A DNA stretch of 64,000 nucleotides from Flaccisagitta enflata (lineage: Eukaryota): the NCBI GenBank assembly GCA_965153355.1, contig OZ231126.1:36208001-36272000 (forward strand), written 5' to 3'. The notes beneath the pieces were generated by a model, which had not been told where the DNA came from, did not search any database, and saw only the letters and a program-made list of their open reading frames with translations. Shown here one piece after another: positions 48,251 to 62,340 of the stretch (within the stretch, counting starts at the first letter, position 1; each line of letters begins with the position of its first letter). Made by a program: the position numbers and the translations under genes.

Positions 48251-50014
48251 CAGATATTCCGTGGCGTTCTACTATAGCGTATTAAACTGCCAAAAATCGT
48301 TTCAAAAATACAAAAAAATGGATAATTGTGACAAAAATTATGAATTTTTGTCAAAAAAATGCTGGAAAAGGCTGTTTTGAAACGGGCGTTCTTATGCAGT
48401 TTCAAAACGATCTTATATTGTCATTTCAAAACCACAAGTATGAGCAACTTTTGAAACAAATATTGAGGCATAGTTGATGTACGCTACGTTCATTCGCTCG
48501 CGCCGCTCACTCCACTCACTCGCTCCGCAGCGCTCTGCTTCACTACGCTTGCTTTGCTCACTCGCTCCGTTCACGGGCTCGCTCACTCACTTCGCTCACT
48601 CTCTCGTGGGACAGTTGAAATTCTTGAATATGTGTTCACGCTGTAATCGCGTTTCACGGGAGGGAACGCGTTTTTGGTCGTCCCCAGAAACACGCCCTTA
48701 TTCCACCTATCCATCTTGAGGCCCAAATTTTAGCCTGAAGGCCCAAATCCTTGCCTGGAGGCCCAGATCCCCGCCTTGAAGCCCAAATCTTAGCCTCGAG
48801 GTCCCAATCCCACCCAAGAGACCCAGATCCCTACCTCAAAACTCTGAAAGAGGCTTAGTCTGTCTGTCCTCCATCGGTTCATCCATTTTGCTTGAGTTAA
48901 AAGTGCAAAAATGCACATTCTTAAATGAAATTGCAGTTGTGATAATCTCTTTGTGTGTTTGTGCCAAAAAGGTTACTTTTTACAGTTTCGAAACTGCAAA
49001 AAAATGAAGTTTTGAAACTGCAAAAAAATGAAGTTTTGAAACTGCAAAAAATTGAAGTTCTGAAACCGCAAGAAATTAAAGCTAAGAAACGGCTATTTCA
49101 TATTTCATAATTTCATTGCCACTTTTTCCCAGTTCCAAAACAGTAAAAACTAGCTGGCTTGAGGTGAGAAAAAAATGATATTTTAGACATGTTCTCAAAA
49201 GCCCTTTTTATGCAGTTTTGATACATCCAAAAAAAGCCGTTTTAAAACGGCAAGTATGCCTGCGTTTTGAAACCCCAGATAACTGCCACTAAAGGACATT
49301 GTTGTATGCATAAATGTTTTTTTGGTCGTTCTGAAACTGTTGCATAACTTTGGGGGCAAATAAAATGGCGGATTTTTAAACCTTTCTTTTGAACCATAAC
49401 ATAAGAAAAATGGGTTGAAATTGGTGATGCCTGTAAAGCCCTTCGAAAGATCTTTCATTTGAGTCGTGTCTGGTATCCACAGCTTTATTTGTTAAGAAAT
49501 GACATAGGTTTGAAGAAAAATATCACCAATTGAAAAAAGGGCAAATATTGCCTTTTTTTCCATGAGCGATTTTTGTCTCAAACGTTTTTCTTAATAATGC
49601 AATTCAGAATTGTCACAGCTACTTAATATCCATGAGCAAATTAAAGAGCTTCGAATTTTCTTCAAAATGGCGCCAAGAACGAATTTTTTACTCAATGCGT
49701 TTAGTTTCTATATTAAAACAAACAGAAAACTTGCAAATCCTGTAGTGAATTCTCAAATTCATGATAACCTGTGTTCATCCCCATGCCATTTCTAAACGGA
49801 TAAAGCTAGGACAACCAGCAACGTCTCATTTGAAAGATCTTTCGCAGAGCTTCAAAATGGTCACCAATTTTTTATAGTTTTTCCCAATTTAAGGTAGATA
49901 AAATTAGTTTTCAAAAATCCGCCATTTTTTATGCCCCCAAGGTTACTAGAAGTTTTGAGACGTTGTTCCCCCATATAGGACAAAAACGCAATAAGAACGC
50001 CGACGAAATACCTG
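48251..50014. mobile_element. Composite TIR element containing a local duplication (48479-48717) and a nested TA-TSD element (49347-49943)
   Basis: TIR CAGATATTCCGTGGCGTTCT / AGAACGCCGACGAAATACCTG; absent from copy 1. Nested TIR ACTTTGGGGGCA..AAAATGGCGGATTTTT. Confidence 0.75.
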
Positions 50015-50167
50015 ACTCGTGCGCCACTTCTCCTCCTTCGCAAATTTCCTTCTTTCCTCAACATCGTGTTCTCTTCGTGCTTAGTCCCTCTGTCTGTGAT
50101 GATTTTCTGTTGTAATCATTGAGAAAAAATCTTATCAATCTTGCCGTACTTAATGTCCTATATCCTA

Positions 50168-50927
50168 CCCTGTCTTCAAAAGCAACTGATACCAGCAAAA
50201 GATGTATTGTGTCAAAACCACTCATATTTCAAAATTTGGATTTTTTCTATCTGAAAGCATATTTACTGCGGTTTTTTCATGCAAAATTTCAGCATTTTTT
50301 TTTTCAACTGGTTTTGCCTCTACATCGTTTTTAAGTGTAACATCATTTGAGGCATATCAGCTTTTCCTTTCAGACATGAATGGAGGTGTCTCACTTCACA
50401 CCTCTGTAAACGCTTTGAGCTAGAATGCTGGGATTGGTCTCAAATTAAATATTTTTTGAAGGAGATTACACCAGATTTATGAAAGAAAGCATATTTTGCT
50501 GTATTCATATCGTTTTTGTGCAGTTTTTCACTTTTTTTCATGTTCCATCAACATTCCATGTAGGAATTTCAACATTTTTGTTTAGAACATCTTATGATTA
50601 TGCACATAAAGAAAAAAAATCATATTAGTAATGAAAATATGCTAGATTGGGATAAATTTTAATATTCTAAATCAATGTTTTGGCTTTTTATGTATAGTTA
50701 CTGGGGCCTAACTCTTTTATTTTATATATAAATTGCTAGATTTCAGTAAAATTTGGGTATGTTTAAAAATGATGTAGAGGCTAAACCAGTTGGAAAAAAG
50801 TGCTGAAATTTTGTATGAAAAAACCGCAGTAAACATGCTTTCAGATAGAAAAAATCCGAATTTTGAAATATGAATCGTTTTGACACAATACATCTTTTGC
50901 TGGTATCAGTTGCTTTTGAAGACAGGG
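50168..50927. mobile_element. TA-TSD non-autonomous element with long (~165 bp) TIRs
   Basis: CCCTGTCTTCAAAAGCAACTGATACCAGCAAAAGATG at both ends; empty site 'cctacccacttcc' at 13175. Confidence 0.92.
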
Positions 50928-50949
50928 TACCCACTTCCCCATCGAGTTT

Positions 50950-51180
50950 TTAGTCGCGTGGTACGCGACTCTATGCCCCGCTATGTTGGTCGGTCGGTTG
51001 GTCGGTCGGTCAGTCTGTCGGTCGGGCCATCGGTCGGTTGGTCCGTCCGCGTTAGCTTTTTTTTGCGTTTACGGGCGTTTTTTGCGTTATTGCTCCTGCC
51101 CAATTGCTTGAAACGCCTTTTTTATCACTGCCCCTGCCCACCCGCACGCGACTTCGGTAGCCGTGTATACGGCCTTGTTT
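50950..51180 (+). mobile_element. HINE family A, copy-2-specific
   Basis: AGTCGCGT-GGT-ACGCGACT hairpin, (GGTC)n, CACGCGACT, GCCGT-GTAT-ACGGC; empty site is the poly-T at 13196-13210. Confidence 0.88.
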
Positions 51181-51243
51181 AGATTGAGCGACACTTTTCG
51201 CTTCTCATAATCCGTTATCACAAATCCCTCTTCCTTCAACGTT

Positions 51244-51277
<34 letters not shown>

Positions 51278-52850
51278 TGTTCTATATTGTTCTTTGTTGT
51301 TCTGTCTTAATCCTGATGCTTGCCTGTCGTCTCTCCTCTTTCTTTTTCTAGTTTTTCCTTGCTCTTTTCCCCCCTCCTTTTCCTCGTTACCTCATGTGTC
51401 TATCACCAGACCCCTCCGAGCTTTTGCCCTTCCCATACCCGGCATGTGTGATCAACGGATTGTAAAGAACATAAAATAAGTCGGGAGTGAACGATTGCGG
51501 GAGTCAAGTTGCTTTTCCCTAACCTCTACCTTTCCACGGTCTTGTCGTCATATTGAGTCATTGACATCGCACCTGAGATTAAATGGTAGTGTTCATGAAA
51601 CTGTTCAGTGTTCATAAAATGGTAGTGTTTGTGTAACTGTTCCTGAATATTCAAGTGCGTAAAGTTTACTGATGAGGGCCGCATACGCGACAGTAATGGC
51701 GTAGGGGTGGGTCAGATGCCGTGGATCTGGATGTAAACAGTTATTACAATGTACTTTTAAATGGATAGAATGACGCACGCTGACGCAATTATAAAAACAT
51801 GTGTCACGTGATTGCCTGAAATGCGCGAGACCTAGCAATAGAAAGACAGACATACATACTTACATACATACATGACGCGCTTGACTGGCACAGACAGGAA
51901 TGCACAAAGATTACTCGCCCTTTTGGGCAGCGGCCCCGAAGGGGTCGATGACCTCTGCTTTCACACATATATGGGAAATTTTCTCCTTCTCCAACTTCTC
52001 CTCCATCTCCTTCTTCATCCGTCCATCCCCCCCCCCCCCCAGGCTCGAGGCTCAAATCCCAGTCCTGAGACCCAAATCCCAGCCTTGTGGCCCAAATTCT
52101 AGCCTCAAGGCCCAAATCCTAGCCTGGAGGCCCAAATCCATGCCTGGAGGCCCAAATTTCAGCCTTGAGGCCCAAATCCTAGCCAAGAGACCCAGTCTCC
52201 AGGCTAGGATTTCGGCCTCCAGGCTAGGATTTGGGCCTTGAGGCTAAGGTTTGGGCCACGAGGCTGGGATTTGGGTCTCAGGACTGGGATTCGAGCCTCG
52301 AGCCAGGGGGGGGGGGGGCGAACGGACGGAGAAGGAGGAGGAGAAGGAGGAGAAGGAGAAAATTCCCCATATGTGTGAATGCAGAGGTTATCAACCCCTT
52401 TGGGGCCGCTGCCCTGCTTCCCCTTCAACTTTAAGCACAACCTACTTAAGCAGGGCACGGGTACCGCTGACCATCTAACGCTTTTGCGACTATTTAACCT
52501 AAAACTGCCAATTTTGAGCGACGAACGAGCCGACCGTTAGACAGACAAGCATGGCTACTCGGACTATAGCGATCATGCGATTGAAAACCATCCAGCTAGG
52601 GACGTGGAAGCGATTGGCTGCTTCCAATTTGGAGGATGGGATAGCAACTAGTATTTGAACTGTAAAATGGAAGCGGAAGCGGAGGCGCAGGCGGTGGAAG
52701 CGGCATGGTAATCGCTTCCACATTCCTTATCCATAGCGTCAAAGAAATGGCTGTTTTTCTTAAACTTTATCTAACTGCCCTAACTTTAGAAAACCACCTT
52801 GATTTGAGAAAAAAATCAGTCAAAATTGGTGATTTTTGGGAAGCTGTATT

Positions 52851-55373
52851 TCAGATTCAAACAGTTTATTTCCCCGAAGGCGCATATAACAGCAATATGA
52901 CGATGTATCAGCGGGGGAGGACCATGCCTAAGCCCTTCATGTCAAATAATGATATACTTTCTATGTTTTTGTTAAGGATATCGACGGGCTTGTTCATGTC
53001 GACCCTCTTGATTTCAATTACAATTGCAGGATACATATGAGATTACAACAGAAAACACAAAACGCACAAGATCACATGGTATCAGAAAACAATCAAGTGT
53101 ATGGCTTGACTTACGAATACGTTGGTAAAATAAATAAGAAATATGCACAATAACTCAGCAACAAGGTAGTGGTAATAAATAAAAACATGACGTACGAGTA
53201 CGTCTAACAATAAAAATTCTGTAACATGAGAAAAAGGAATAAATAAGCGTCTATTAAGTGTAATATTTTTTGTTTCCAAGAATTCCATTGATGGTATAGA
53301 AGGCATTGTGAATTTTCTTAATTTTCATTTAGACTGACGCAAAGTGAAACAAACACCACCCATAATCAAAGCAGGATCAAATATGAATAGTGACTAATAC
53401 CTGGAGTGGTGGCAACTAATATGCAAATGGATATATGATACCGATGTCAAAACAGTGATTCCACAGATAGTAAGAAGCCCAGCCCTCCCACAGAGAATCC
53501 CTTGCCCCGTGGGTGCTGGTGTTCAGTCTACAATCAAGTTTTCAGGAATTGCAAAATAAGGCTGCAAATAGGCTTTTTGAGACATTTGTTAGTTTGTATA
53601 CATGAATAACAAAATTTGTTCTTTATAACTTGCAAATTGTAAACACAGTATCAATGCGACCATGGCTGCATAAAATACAACCAAGGAAGGACAGTAGGTC
53701 CCGTGAGGGACAATCAGTAAGACCATAAAGGTCGCCCATCAAGACAATGAAGTCTTGACGGAATCAGTAGGACTATAGAAATTAGAATGTGTTTAGTGAA
53801 GTGGTTTGTTTTTTGTCAGAGAAAGAAAAAAAAGTTTTAAAGGAAAACTTAATGATAACCTAACCTTACCTAGCCTAACCTAACCTGAACCTAACCTAAC
53901 CAAACCAAACTGAGTTAGCTTGTGCTTGATACTGTAGTACTATGAGTGATGTTTCTTGTCTTTGCATCTAGGATTTGTACAATCACTTTTGTGGGCATAT
54001 TTATTAAGAAGTGATTTTTTCAACTGTCTTTTGAAAAGGGCTTTCTGATCTATTTTTCTTAAGTCACTAATGGTGTTATTCCAAAGTTTAGGGGCAATAG
54101 CACTGAAACTATTAGAGGCGGCTCTGGATTTATAGTTGGGCACTTTTAGGTCAAGAGTACTTGGAGCCTGGCCCCTAAGATTGTACTCACAAATATACTG
54201 AGTGCTGCAAAGGTTCTGTATCTTTTTTGGTGCATGCTGGTAGAAGCAATCATGCATAAGCAATAAGCACTGCTGCTCATAGAGGTCATTAAACTTTAGT
54301 AGTCCAAGTTGTTTCATTCTGGGTTCTGTATGGGCGGAGAAGTAGGACTTAGTTATTGTTCTTATTGCTCTTTTTTGAATATTTATAATTCTTTTTTTAT
54401 TTTGGGCACTGCATCCGCCCCAAGCAGGCAATCCATAGAGCACATGTGGTTGAATGAATGAGTGGTAAAGAATTTTTAAGGTTGGAGGAGGGAGCAGATT
54501 CTTTACTCTGTTTATCATGCTGTTGCTTCGAGCTATCTTGTTTGCTACATTAGTGCAATGCTTTTCCCAGCTTAGAGTACTATCTATGGCTATACCTAAA
54601 AATTGTGCATCATCATTGATACCAAGTTTTTCTCCATCAAGGTAGATCTCAGGGAGATTTTGATTCTTTGGTAGTCATTTTTTCCTAAAAATTACTGTTT
54701 TAGTTTTCTTAGGGGTTCAGTTTCAACTGGTTTGCTTTAAAGAAGTCATTTATGCCTTCAAGTTCTTGATTAAGATTGGACAAAGCTTCAAAATTATTAC
54801 CCTGTATTAACAGGTTGGTATCGTCAGCAAAGGTTACACACTTAAGGTTTGAAGCAGAAGGGAGGTCATTAACATAAAGAAGGAAAAGAAGGGGTCCTAA
54901 GATGCTGCCTTGCGGAACTCCTGTCGATAATAGTAATTTAGAGCTACTATATCCATTAAGATCAACATATTGATAGCGATTACTAAGGTATGACTCAAAC
55001 CACTTGAGAGCTGTTCCACGGATTCCGTAATGATAAAGTTTTTCAAGTAAAATTGAGTGGTTTAAGGTATCAAAAGCCTTACTAAGGTCACAAAATACAC
55101 CAATTGCATAGTTACCCATTTCGATACATTCCTCAATATTTTTAATGAAGTCAAGGGTTGCATGAGTGGTATTGTGACCTGTACGAAATCCATATTGTGA
55201 CTCAAAGAGAATCTCTTACCGGACCAGGAACTCAAAGACCTTATTATAGATAAGACGTTCTATGATTTTAGAAAATATTGGTAATAATGATATGGGTCTA
55301 TAGTTTTCATAGAGGTGTTTATCTCCTTTTAGTTTGTATACAGGTACAACTCTGGCTATCTTTCCGTTCTCTG
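52851..55373 (-). mobile_element. 5'-truncated non-LTR retrotransposon (CR1/L2/Crack group)
   Basis: Absent from copy 1 (~15130); RT coding region then ~1.1-kb 3'UTR ending AATAAACTGTTTGAATCTGAA. Confidence 0.9.
53940..55372 (-). pseudogene. Degenerate LINE ORF2 reverse transcriptase
   Basis: Motifs NYRPISLLPIFSKIIE, QYGFR, DLSKAFD, GVPQGSILGPLLF, FADDT, FLGI. In-frame stops near 55216 and 54675 and a frameshift near 54710. Confidence 0.93.
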
Positions 55374-56280
55374 GAAAAAAGATCTTTCATTGAAGTTGTG
55401 CTTGCAATATGCAGCTTAAACCATCTAGAAGTTACACTAGTTCAAAAGTCATACTTGTAACGAGGCCGTATAGACGGCTACCCAAGTCGCGTGTGGGTGG
55501 GCAGGGGCAGTGATTAAAAAGGCTAACCTAGCTTTTTAGCAGGAGCAGTGCAGCAAAAACCTCAAGTAAGTGCTAAAAAAGAGTCACCGACCAACGAACT
55601 GACCCATCGACTGACAAACCGACAAACATAGCGGGTTATAGAGTCACCTGCACGGGACTAAAAACTGTCACTCTGCCAGATTTATTCACAAACATCGCCT
55701 TTACACCGACCGTTGCCGTTGGCTACCTTCCACTTCCGGCATAAATACGGTGTTGTAGTAAAAGCGTTTTCGACGAATAACGACTCGGCTGTGACGGCAA
55801 CGATGGCGGTGGCTGTGACGGTGGCGGTGGCAGTGGCGGTGGCGGCGGTGGTGGCGGTGGTAGCGGTGGTGGTGGCGGTGGCAGTGGCGTTGGTGGCGGT
55901 GGTGGCGGTATCGGTGGCGGTGGTGGCGGTGACGGTGGCGGTGGCGGTGGTGGCGGTGACGGTGGCGGTGGCGGTGGTGGCGGTGACAGTGACGGTGGTA
56001 ATGGCGGTGGCAATGGCGGTGGTGGCGGTAGAAATCGCGTTGGCAGTTGCGGCGACAACGGCGAGGAAAATATATGGCTTGGGTATTTGTGGCAATCGTC
56101 GTTAAGAAGGCGTTTCCTGCGTCATTTCCAGTTCGGTCGCCGAGTTTGGCACTTCCACCTCCACTCAAAATCACGCCTTTTGCTGACTAACCTGTGTGCT
56201 TTCGCGGCGTCGTTCCTCAACGATAGAAAGGACTCATTCACGAACTGGGCTTATGAAGTGCCACCTGTTTGTTTGTACAT

Positions 56281-56955
56281 TCACTTCATGGAAATAGCGA
56301 CGTCAGAAAAATATTTCATTTCCCAGTCGTCGTTTGAACCGCCAACTGGTCGAGTAGCTTGAATTAGAGAGAGGTCAAGGTCTTGGAAAAGCCTTGACTG
56401 CCCAGTGCCCACCTACTCTAAGTTTTCATTTTTCATTCTACCATTCAACTTTTCCCTAGATGAGTCTCTTTTCTCTGCACAAGAATTCGCCATTTGCCAA
56501 GAGCATCGAAATTCCATCACTTCATTGATCAAAACAATGGTTACCCAATAGCCAATACCAACGCGACTTACATTAGGTTTTAAAGCCCTGATTACTGTTC
56601 ACCGAAAGGTAAGAGATTCACCATGCAAAATAAAACAATTTTGAATTCATTAAATCGTAAAATCTTTCGACGTGCATCAAAGTTGCTTCAATCTCACAGG
56701 CCCAGAAGATATTTTTGCCTCTTCATAAATCCAAGCAGAAAATAATATGTAAGTCAATACTTAGCTGACCAGTTGGGTTTGAGAAAAAAAATGGTTTTCG
56801 TGCCTAATGCCTTTAAGTGTATACTTTCCACGTCATTGATCAACACAATGGTTACCCAATAGCCAATACCAACGCGACTTACCTTTAAGTGTATACTTTC
56901 CACGTCTCGCGTCTCTCTCGTGAGAGTCGTTCTCCTCCACTTGTTTGATATTCAT
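56281..56955 (-). CDS. Candidate spliced 49-aa sORF, copy 2
   Basis: Exons 56955-56883 and 56357-56281; same start, stop and splice sites; 8 amino-acid differences from copy 1. Confidence 0.35.
56571..56809. mobile_element. 239-bp insertion with 7-bp inverted ends (CATTAGG/CCTAATG) inside a 72-bp repeat unit
   Basis: Interrupts 'cgactta|cctttaag'; no clear TSD. Confidence 0.55.
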
Positions 56956-57070
56956 TACTCCAGACGCGTTACGACCGTAAATCCGCTTTTACTCTTAAGA
57001 CTTGTCCCTCCTCGTATTTTACCCACCAAACTTTCATTTACACGCCTTTTCTACAATTCACTCTTTATTA

Positions 57071-57108
<38 letters not shown>

Positions 57109-59278
57109 CCACAGACTTAATGATTGTCCAAAATGGCAACATAAAAACATGCAAAGCTCTGACAGACATGAACAAATTAATTTTAACAAAAAATTTTTCA
57201 ATGACATTAGCATTCTCCGTGAAAAAATACCCGTTATCCAAAATCTTCGGAATGTAAAAAGTGCCCACTCGGCACAATGTACGCAGATTGATGCTAATGA
57301 AGATTGTACTCACTTACTCATGAATGCTTTTCATTTAACCTGCGTTTTAACAATCCTGAGCTATACAAGTCACATTCTGTCGTTAAAGAGAACCTTTATG
57401 TATGAATCACTCAAATAATGATGACGGCGTTTGGACTCGTATGAAATATTTAATCCATTTTTGAACTTGTTTATCCTGTATTGTTATTTATGATTCTCTC
57501 TCACTTTGTACGCAAGTACAGCTCATAACAATTTTATATTGTTGATGTGATAAATGCACATTTGATGAGCATTACAAATCAATCAATCAATCAAAAAACT
57601 CTCTCTCTCTCTCTCTCTCTCTCCTTCCTTTCTTCCGGCCCTTTTCCTTTGGTTAATCGTTTAGCATTCATCTCTTCTCTCTTTTATGCGACGACCTTGC
57701 CCTGCCTCCCTGCCTCCCTGCCGTCCTACCGTTCTGCCGCACAATTTACCATTTGCTCAATTTACTACTTCTTTCTTTAATCTTTTTTTTTCCCCTTTTC
57801 TGAGAAAATAGTCCAAGCGTTTTTTTGACAGCGGCTCCACTGCAATCATGCGGGTCCAAATAACTTTCTTTTTAATAGATCTATTTCTTCATTTCTCTTT
57901 ATTCTCTTGTGTCGTTGGGGAGGGGAGTGGGTGGGAGGGGTGGGTGGGAGGCCCACCGGGAGGGTCTGGGCGGTCTCACATCTTTTGTATCACCAGACTG
58001 TTGTTAGACCACACTGAAAGACAGAAATATTTGAAATTGTAACGAAGATACGTATAGGTAAATTGGTGGTGAGGAGGGAGTGACAGGTATTCATTTTTCG
58101 TGGTGGTGGTATCTTGGGCGGTGTGGATACGTTGTGCTCAAGCCTACGAATAATTCAATCAATAACTGAATCCATTAGAGAAATTGTTTTTCTTTCTGAA
58201 AATTTTTATTCATGAATTTGGAATGAACTTTTTCAATCGGCCAAAGAATTATTTCATAACTGTTCGAGTGCTCGTCCTATTTCCTCTTGCTTTCATGTTC
58301 ATTGGCCCTTCAGTCTTCCTCTTCTTCCTCCATTTTTTATTATTCGTTCCCAGACGTGCAGACCGACCAACAAAGTCTTGCCGACCCGTCGTCCCAATAT
58401 TGGTTTGTCGGCGTTTATTTTAGTACTAACCCTGCCCAGCAACATTCCGTTTGGAGTTTTTAACCATATCTCCTCGATGTAATATATCCTTCCCAAAGGA
58501 TTTTGAAACCCGATGAACCCTTGAATCGTTCTCATTTTTCATTTTCGGTTTTCTCAATATTTTCTTCGCTCTCTATCTAACTCTCTACAACGAGGAGGCA
58601 CATTTTTGAGAATGAGCCCCATCTGCAACAGCAGTAAAACAAAAAAGTGGTGATCATCAAAGTAGGAATTGTCAAATCATTTCGAGAAGTTCACCCCTGC
58701 AAGACATTTAAGTTTGCCCCTTTGATTTTCTTTGTCTTTTTCTTCTTCTTCTTCTTCTTCTTCTTCTTCTTCTTCTTCTTCTTCTTCTTCTTCTTTTTCT
58801 TCTTTTTCTTCTTCATCTTTTACTTCTTCTCCGACTTCTTCTTCTTCTTTTTTTTTCTTCTTCTTCTCTTTTTCTTCTCCCTCTATCTGTTTCTTTTGAC
58901 TTAGATATTTTCTTTACATTTTTGTTTATATTCTTAGACGGGATCGATTCTCTTTTTCTCATTCTTTCCCTCGAAAGAATGAAGAAATGTGAAAGCGAAA
59001 CCCAAACAAAGGTTGAAAAGGATTTTTTTTTTCTTGGAATCTTGGGAAACTTCCGCCAAACTCCCAATTCAACAATTCAATACGGCAAAGTGAGAAAATA
59101 CCGCGAGTCGGTAACAACAATAACAACAAAAACATCAGACGCTCAAATTTCAGCCAACCTACATTGTTGTGGAAATCACCAAAAGGAAGGCAAAACATGG
59201 CATTGAGAAGTCATGAGATATGCCTCATTTGATGGGCAACGGTACAACTATTTGTGGGAATTCAACAACTGTTCGTTA

Positions 59279-59610
59279 GAGTGGGTTCAATTTGGGCATT
59301 CGAATGAAAAAATATTTCCAAGCATTTTTCATGTTCCATTTGCATGATAACAGCCCAATTCCATTGGAAAATTGTTTTGGACTTCATCTAGGTACTCCGT
59401 CATCAATGATGTAGTTGTATAGAATAACTATGAAAGAAATTTTTCTCATAACTCTAGCAATCGGTTCTATACAACTTCAGTGTAGATGACAGAGTGCCTA
59501 TATCAAGTGCAAATCCATTTTCTAAAGAAATTGGGCTCTCGATATGCAAAGGGAATATGAAAAGTGCTTGGAAATAGTGTTTCATTTGATTGCCCAAATT
59601 GAGCCCACTC
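59279..59610. mobile_element. Old, fully palindromic MITE (Harbinger-like)
   Basis: GAGTGGGTTCAATTTGGGCA / TGCCCAAATTGAGCCCACTC; arms pair imperfectly towards the centre; flanks TTA/TGA. Confidence 0.75.
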
Positions 59611-59679
59611 TGAAATTCGTGCAGCAATGCAGTCCTAATTTGTCCGTCCGTCCACCCTTGTGTGTGTGTGTGTGTGTGC

Positions 59680-59871
<192 letters not shown>

Positions 59872-60893
59872 TGAGGAAGGGTCCTGCCAATCCGTAAATA
59901 ACGATGTTTTTACTCCGGGTTACATGTTATTTATTGGCTGTATAAAAATAGGGTTCTTTCTTTCTAATAGAGCATCTTTAACAAAAAAAATGGCATTCGG
60001 CATTCGGCATTCTAGCATCTCGTCGGTTCTTTGTTTTTTTTTTTTTTCTTTTTCAAAACGATGCTGGATGCACAGTTACCCATGTCGCTTGCGAGTGGGC
60101 AGGAGCAGTGATAAATTGGGCCAACTAACAATCGGGACAGGGGCAGTAATGTAGAAAACGCCAGGTTGGCAAAATGTAAGGCGACCTATCTTCCTTTCCG
60201 CGCGTCCCGATCTCGACTGTTTTGTGCCAGGAATGTTTTTGTTTTCTCAAATAACGTTGATAGGCGGAGAGAGAAAGTGAGAAGGAGATACATAAAAGGG
60301 TTATCTGAGGATTCACGCCTACCGCGTTTCGCCTGACGTCTCCTTCGGCCGTTCATGTCAACTCAAATCGTAGAAACACACACCACAAACCAAACTTTTT
60401 TTTTTTTTTTTTTTTTTGGTGAAGTTTTTTGCATTGCCGCTCCTGCCAGAGCGTCTGACTGGCCCCCTATATTTTTGCCCCTACCCACCCGCAAGCGACA
60501 TGGGTTTTTTCTGATTCTACCTTATTTTCTAGTTGTCCATTTTGCTCGAAATCTAACCAGTCTCTCCAGCTCTTTCTCTGTCTCGCTGTCTCTCTGCATC
60601 TCTGCCTCTCTGCCTCTCTGCCTCCCTTTCTTTCTTTCTTTTTTCTTTCGTTCTCTCTCTCTCTCTCTCTTCTCTTTCTAAATCTCCCTCCTTTTTTTTC
60701 ACTTTGTATGTGTGTTTGCGTTGTTTTGTTTTGTTGTGGGTGAATGAATAAGAAAAGAAAACCCGTTCGGGGTTTTCCCCAAAGCCAAATTCGAAAAAAG
60801 CTGGCTAAAATACGCGGACTGTAAAAAACACTTTCCCTCACTAAGTCTCCCTCTCTGTCTCTGTATTTGTCTCTGTATTTGTCTCTGTATTTG

Positions 60894-61081
<188 letters not shown>

Positions 61082-61465
61082 GTCGTTGTCGGCGTTGGGC
61101 CAAAATCCCGTTGCGACGACGCCAAGCGGCGAACGGGAGAAGAATGGAAAATCGTAGAATCGCCAAAGAGCGCCGCCTGGAAAGCCGCCAGCCCGCCACC
61201 AGGGGAGCGCCGGTAGCAGAACGCCGGTAACACAGCTCCAGTAACAGAGCGCCAGTAAGAGAAGCGTGGAAACCGGGAACAACGCCGGCTTACCAACAAC
61301 CAAAGTCCAACGGTAAATAAATGATGAGAAATCAGGTAAGAGTGCAACTCGGCAAAGTGTAAAAGATTTAGAAACAGGAGGGAGGGGGTGTGTGTGGGGA
61401 GAAAGGAAACGGTAAAAGCATGTGCTGGCGAAAAGAAAAAGTTCCGTGTTTTTAGTAATTGTTTG

Positions 61466-61638
<173 letters not shown>

Positions 61639-61725
61639 GAGAAGATTTTGTACATACTAGAAGATTTAGTACATGCGAGTGGAGGGATGTTCAGACAATA
61701 CGGAGAATGTAAAAATAGTGTAACA

Positions 61726-62340
61726 TGAGATATTTTGTGCATACTAAATGGTATAGGCCTGTCCGAACCTATACTAATGAGGTATGCAGTCAAGCTGATA
61801 GTTTTGTCAGGTAAGCATTTTGTTTGTCAATAGTATTTAGTAAAGGATAGTTGTGAGCAATCCGGAGTAAACACCATTGAAAGCTTGCAAGGCTTTCATC
61901 CTTTGTAAATTGGAGAATTCTGGCCTCCTTTTGTAAGGGCAATGTTGTTTCAACTTTCATAAGTATCAGTACCTTGGTAGAGAATGCCGGCGGTCCCAAA
62001 TGGTTGTACCTCGATTCTTGCCTCTAAGGGTATGGTTTTCTAATCAATATTGCTAGTGTCAGTACTTCCACCAGTACATTAGTAATCTTTGATTGTTACT
62101 TTTGTGAGATATTTTGTGCATACTAAATGGTATAGGCCTGTCCGAACCTATACTAATGAGGTATGCAGTCAAGCTGATAGTTTTGTCAGGTAAGCATTTT
62201 GTTTGTCAATAGTATTTACTAAAGGATAGTTGTGAGCAATCCGGAGTAAACACCATTGAAAGCTTGCAAGGCTTTCATCCTTTGTAAATAGGAGAATTCT
62301 GGCCTCCTTTTGTAAGGGCAATGTTGTTTCAACTTTCATA
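61726..62340. repeat. ~236-bp near-identical direct repeat, 379-bp period
   Basis: 61726-61961 versus 62105-62340. Confidence 0.92.

Noticed and set aside
61726..62340. TRIM or LTR pair (repeat begins TG and has CA near its end)
   Set aside because: No TSD, no polypurine tract and only a weak PBS-like match; simple partial tandem duplication is more parsimonious.
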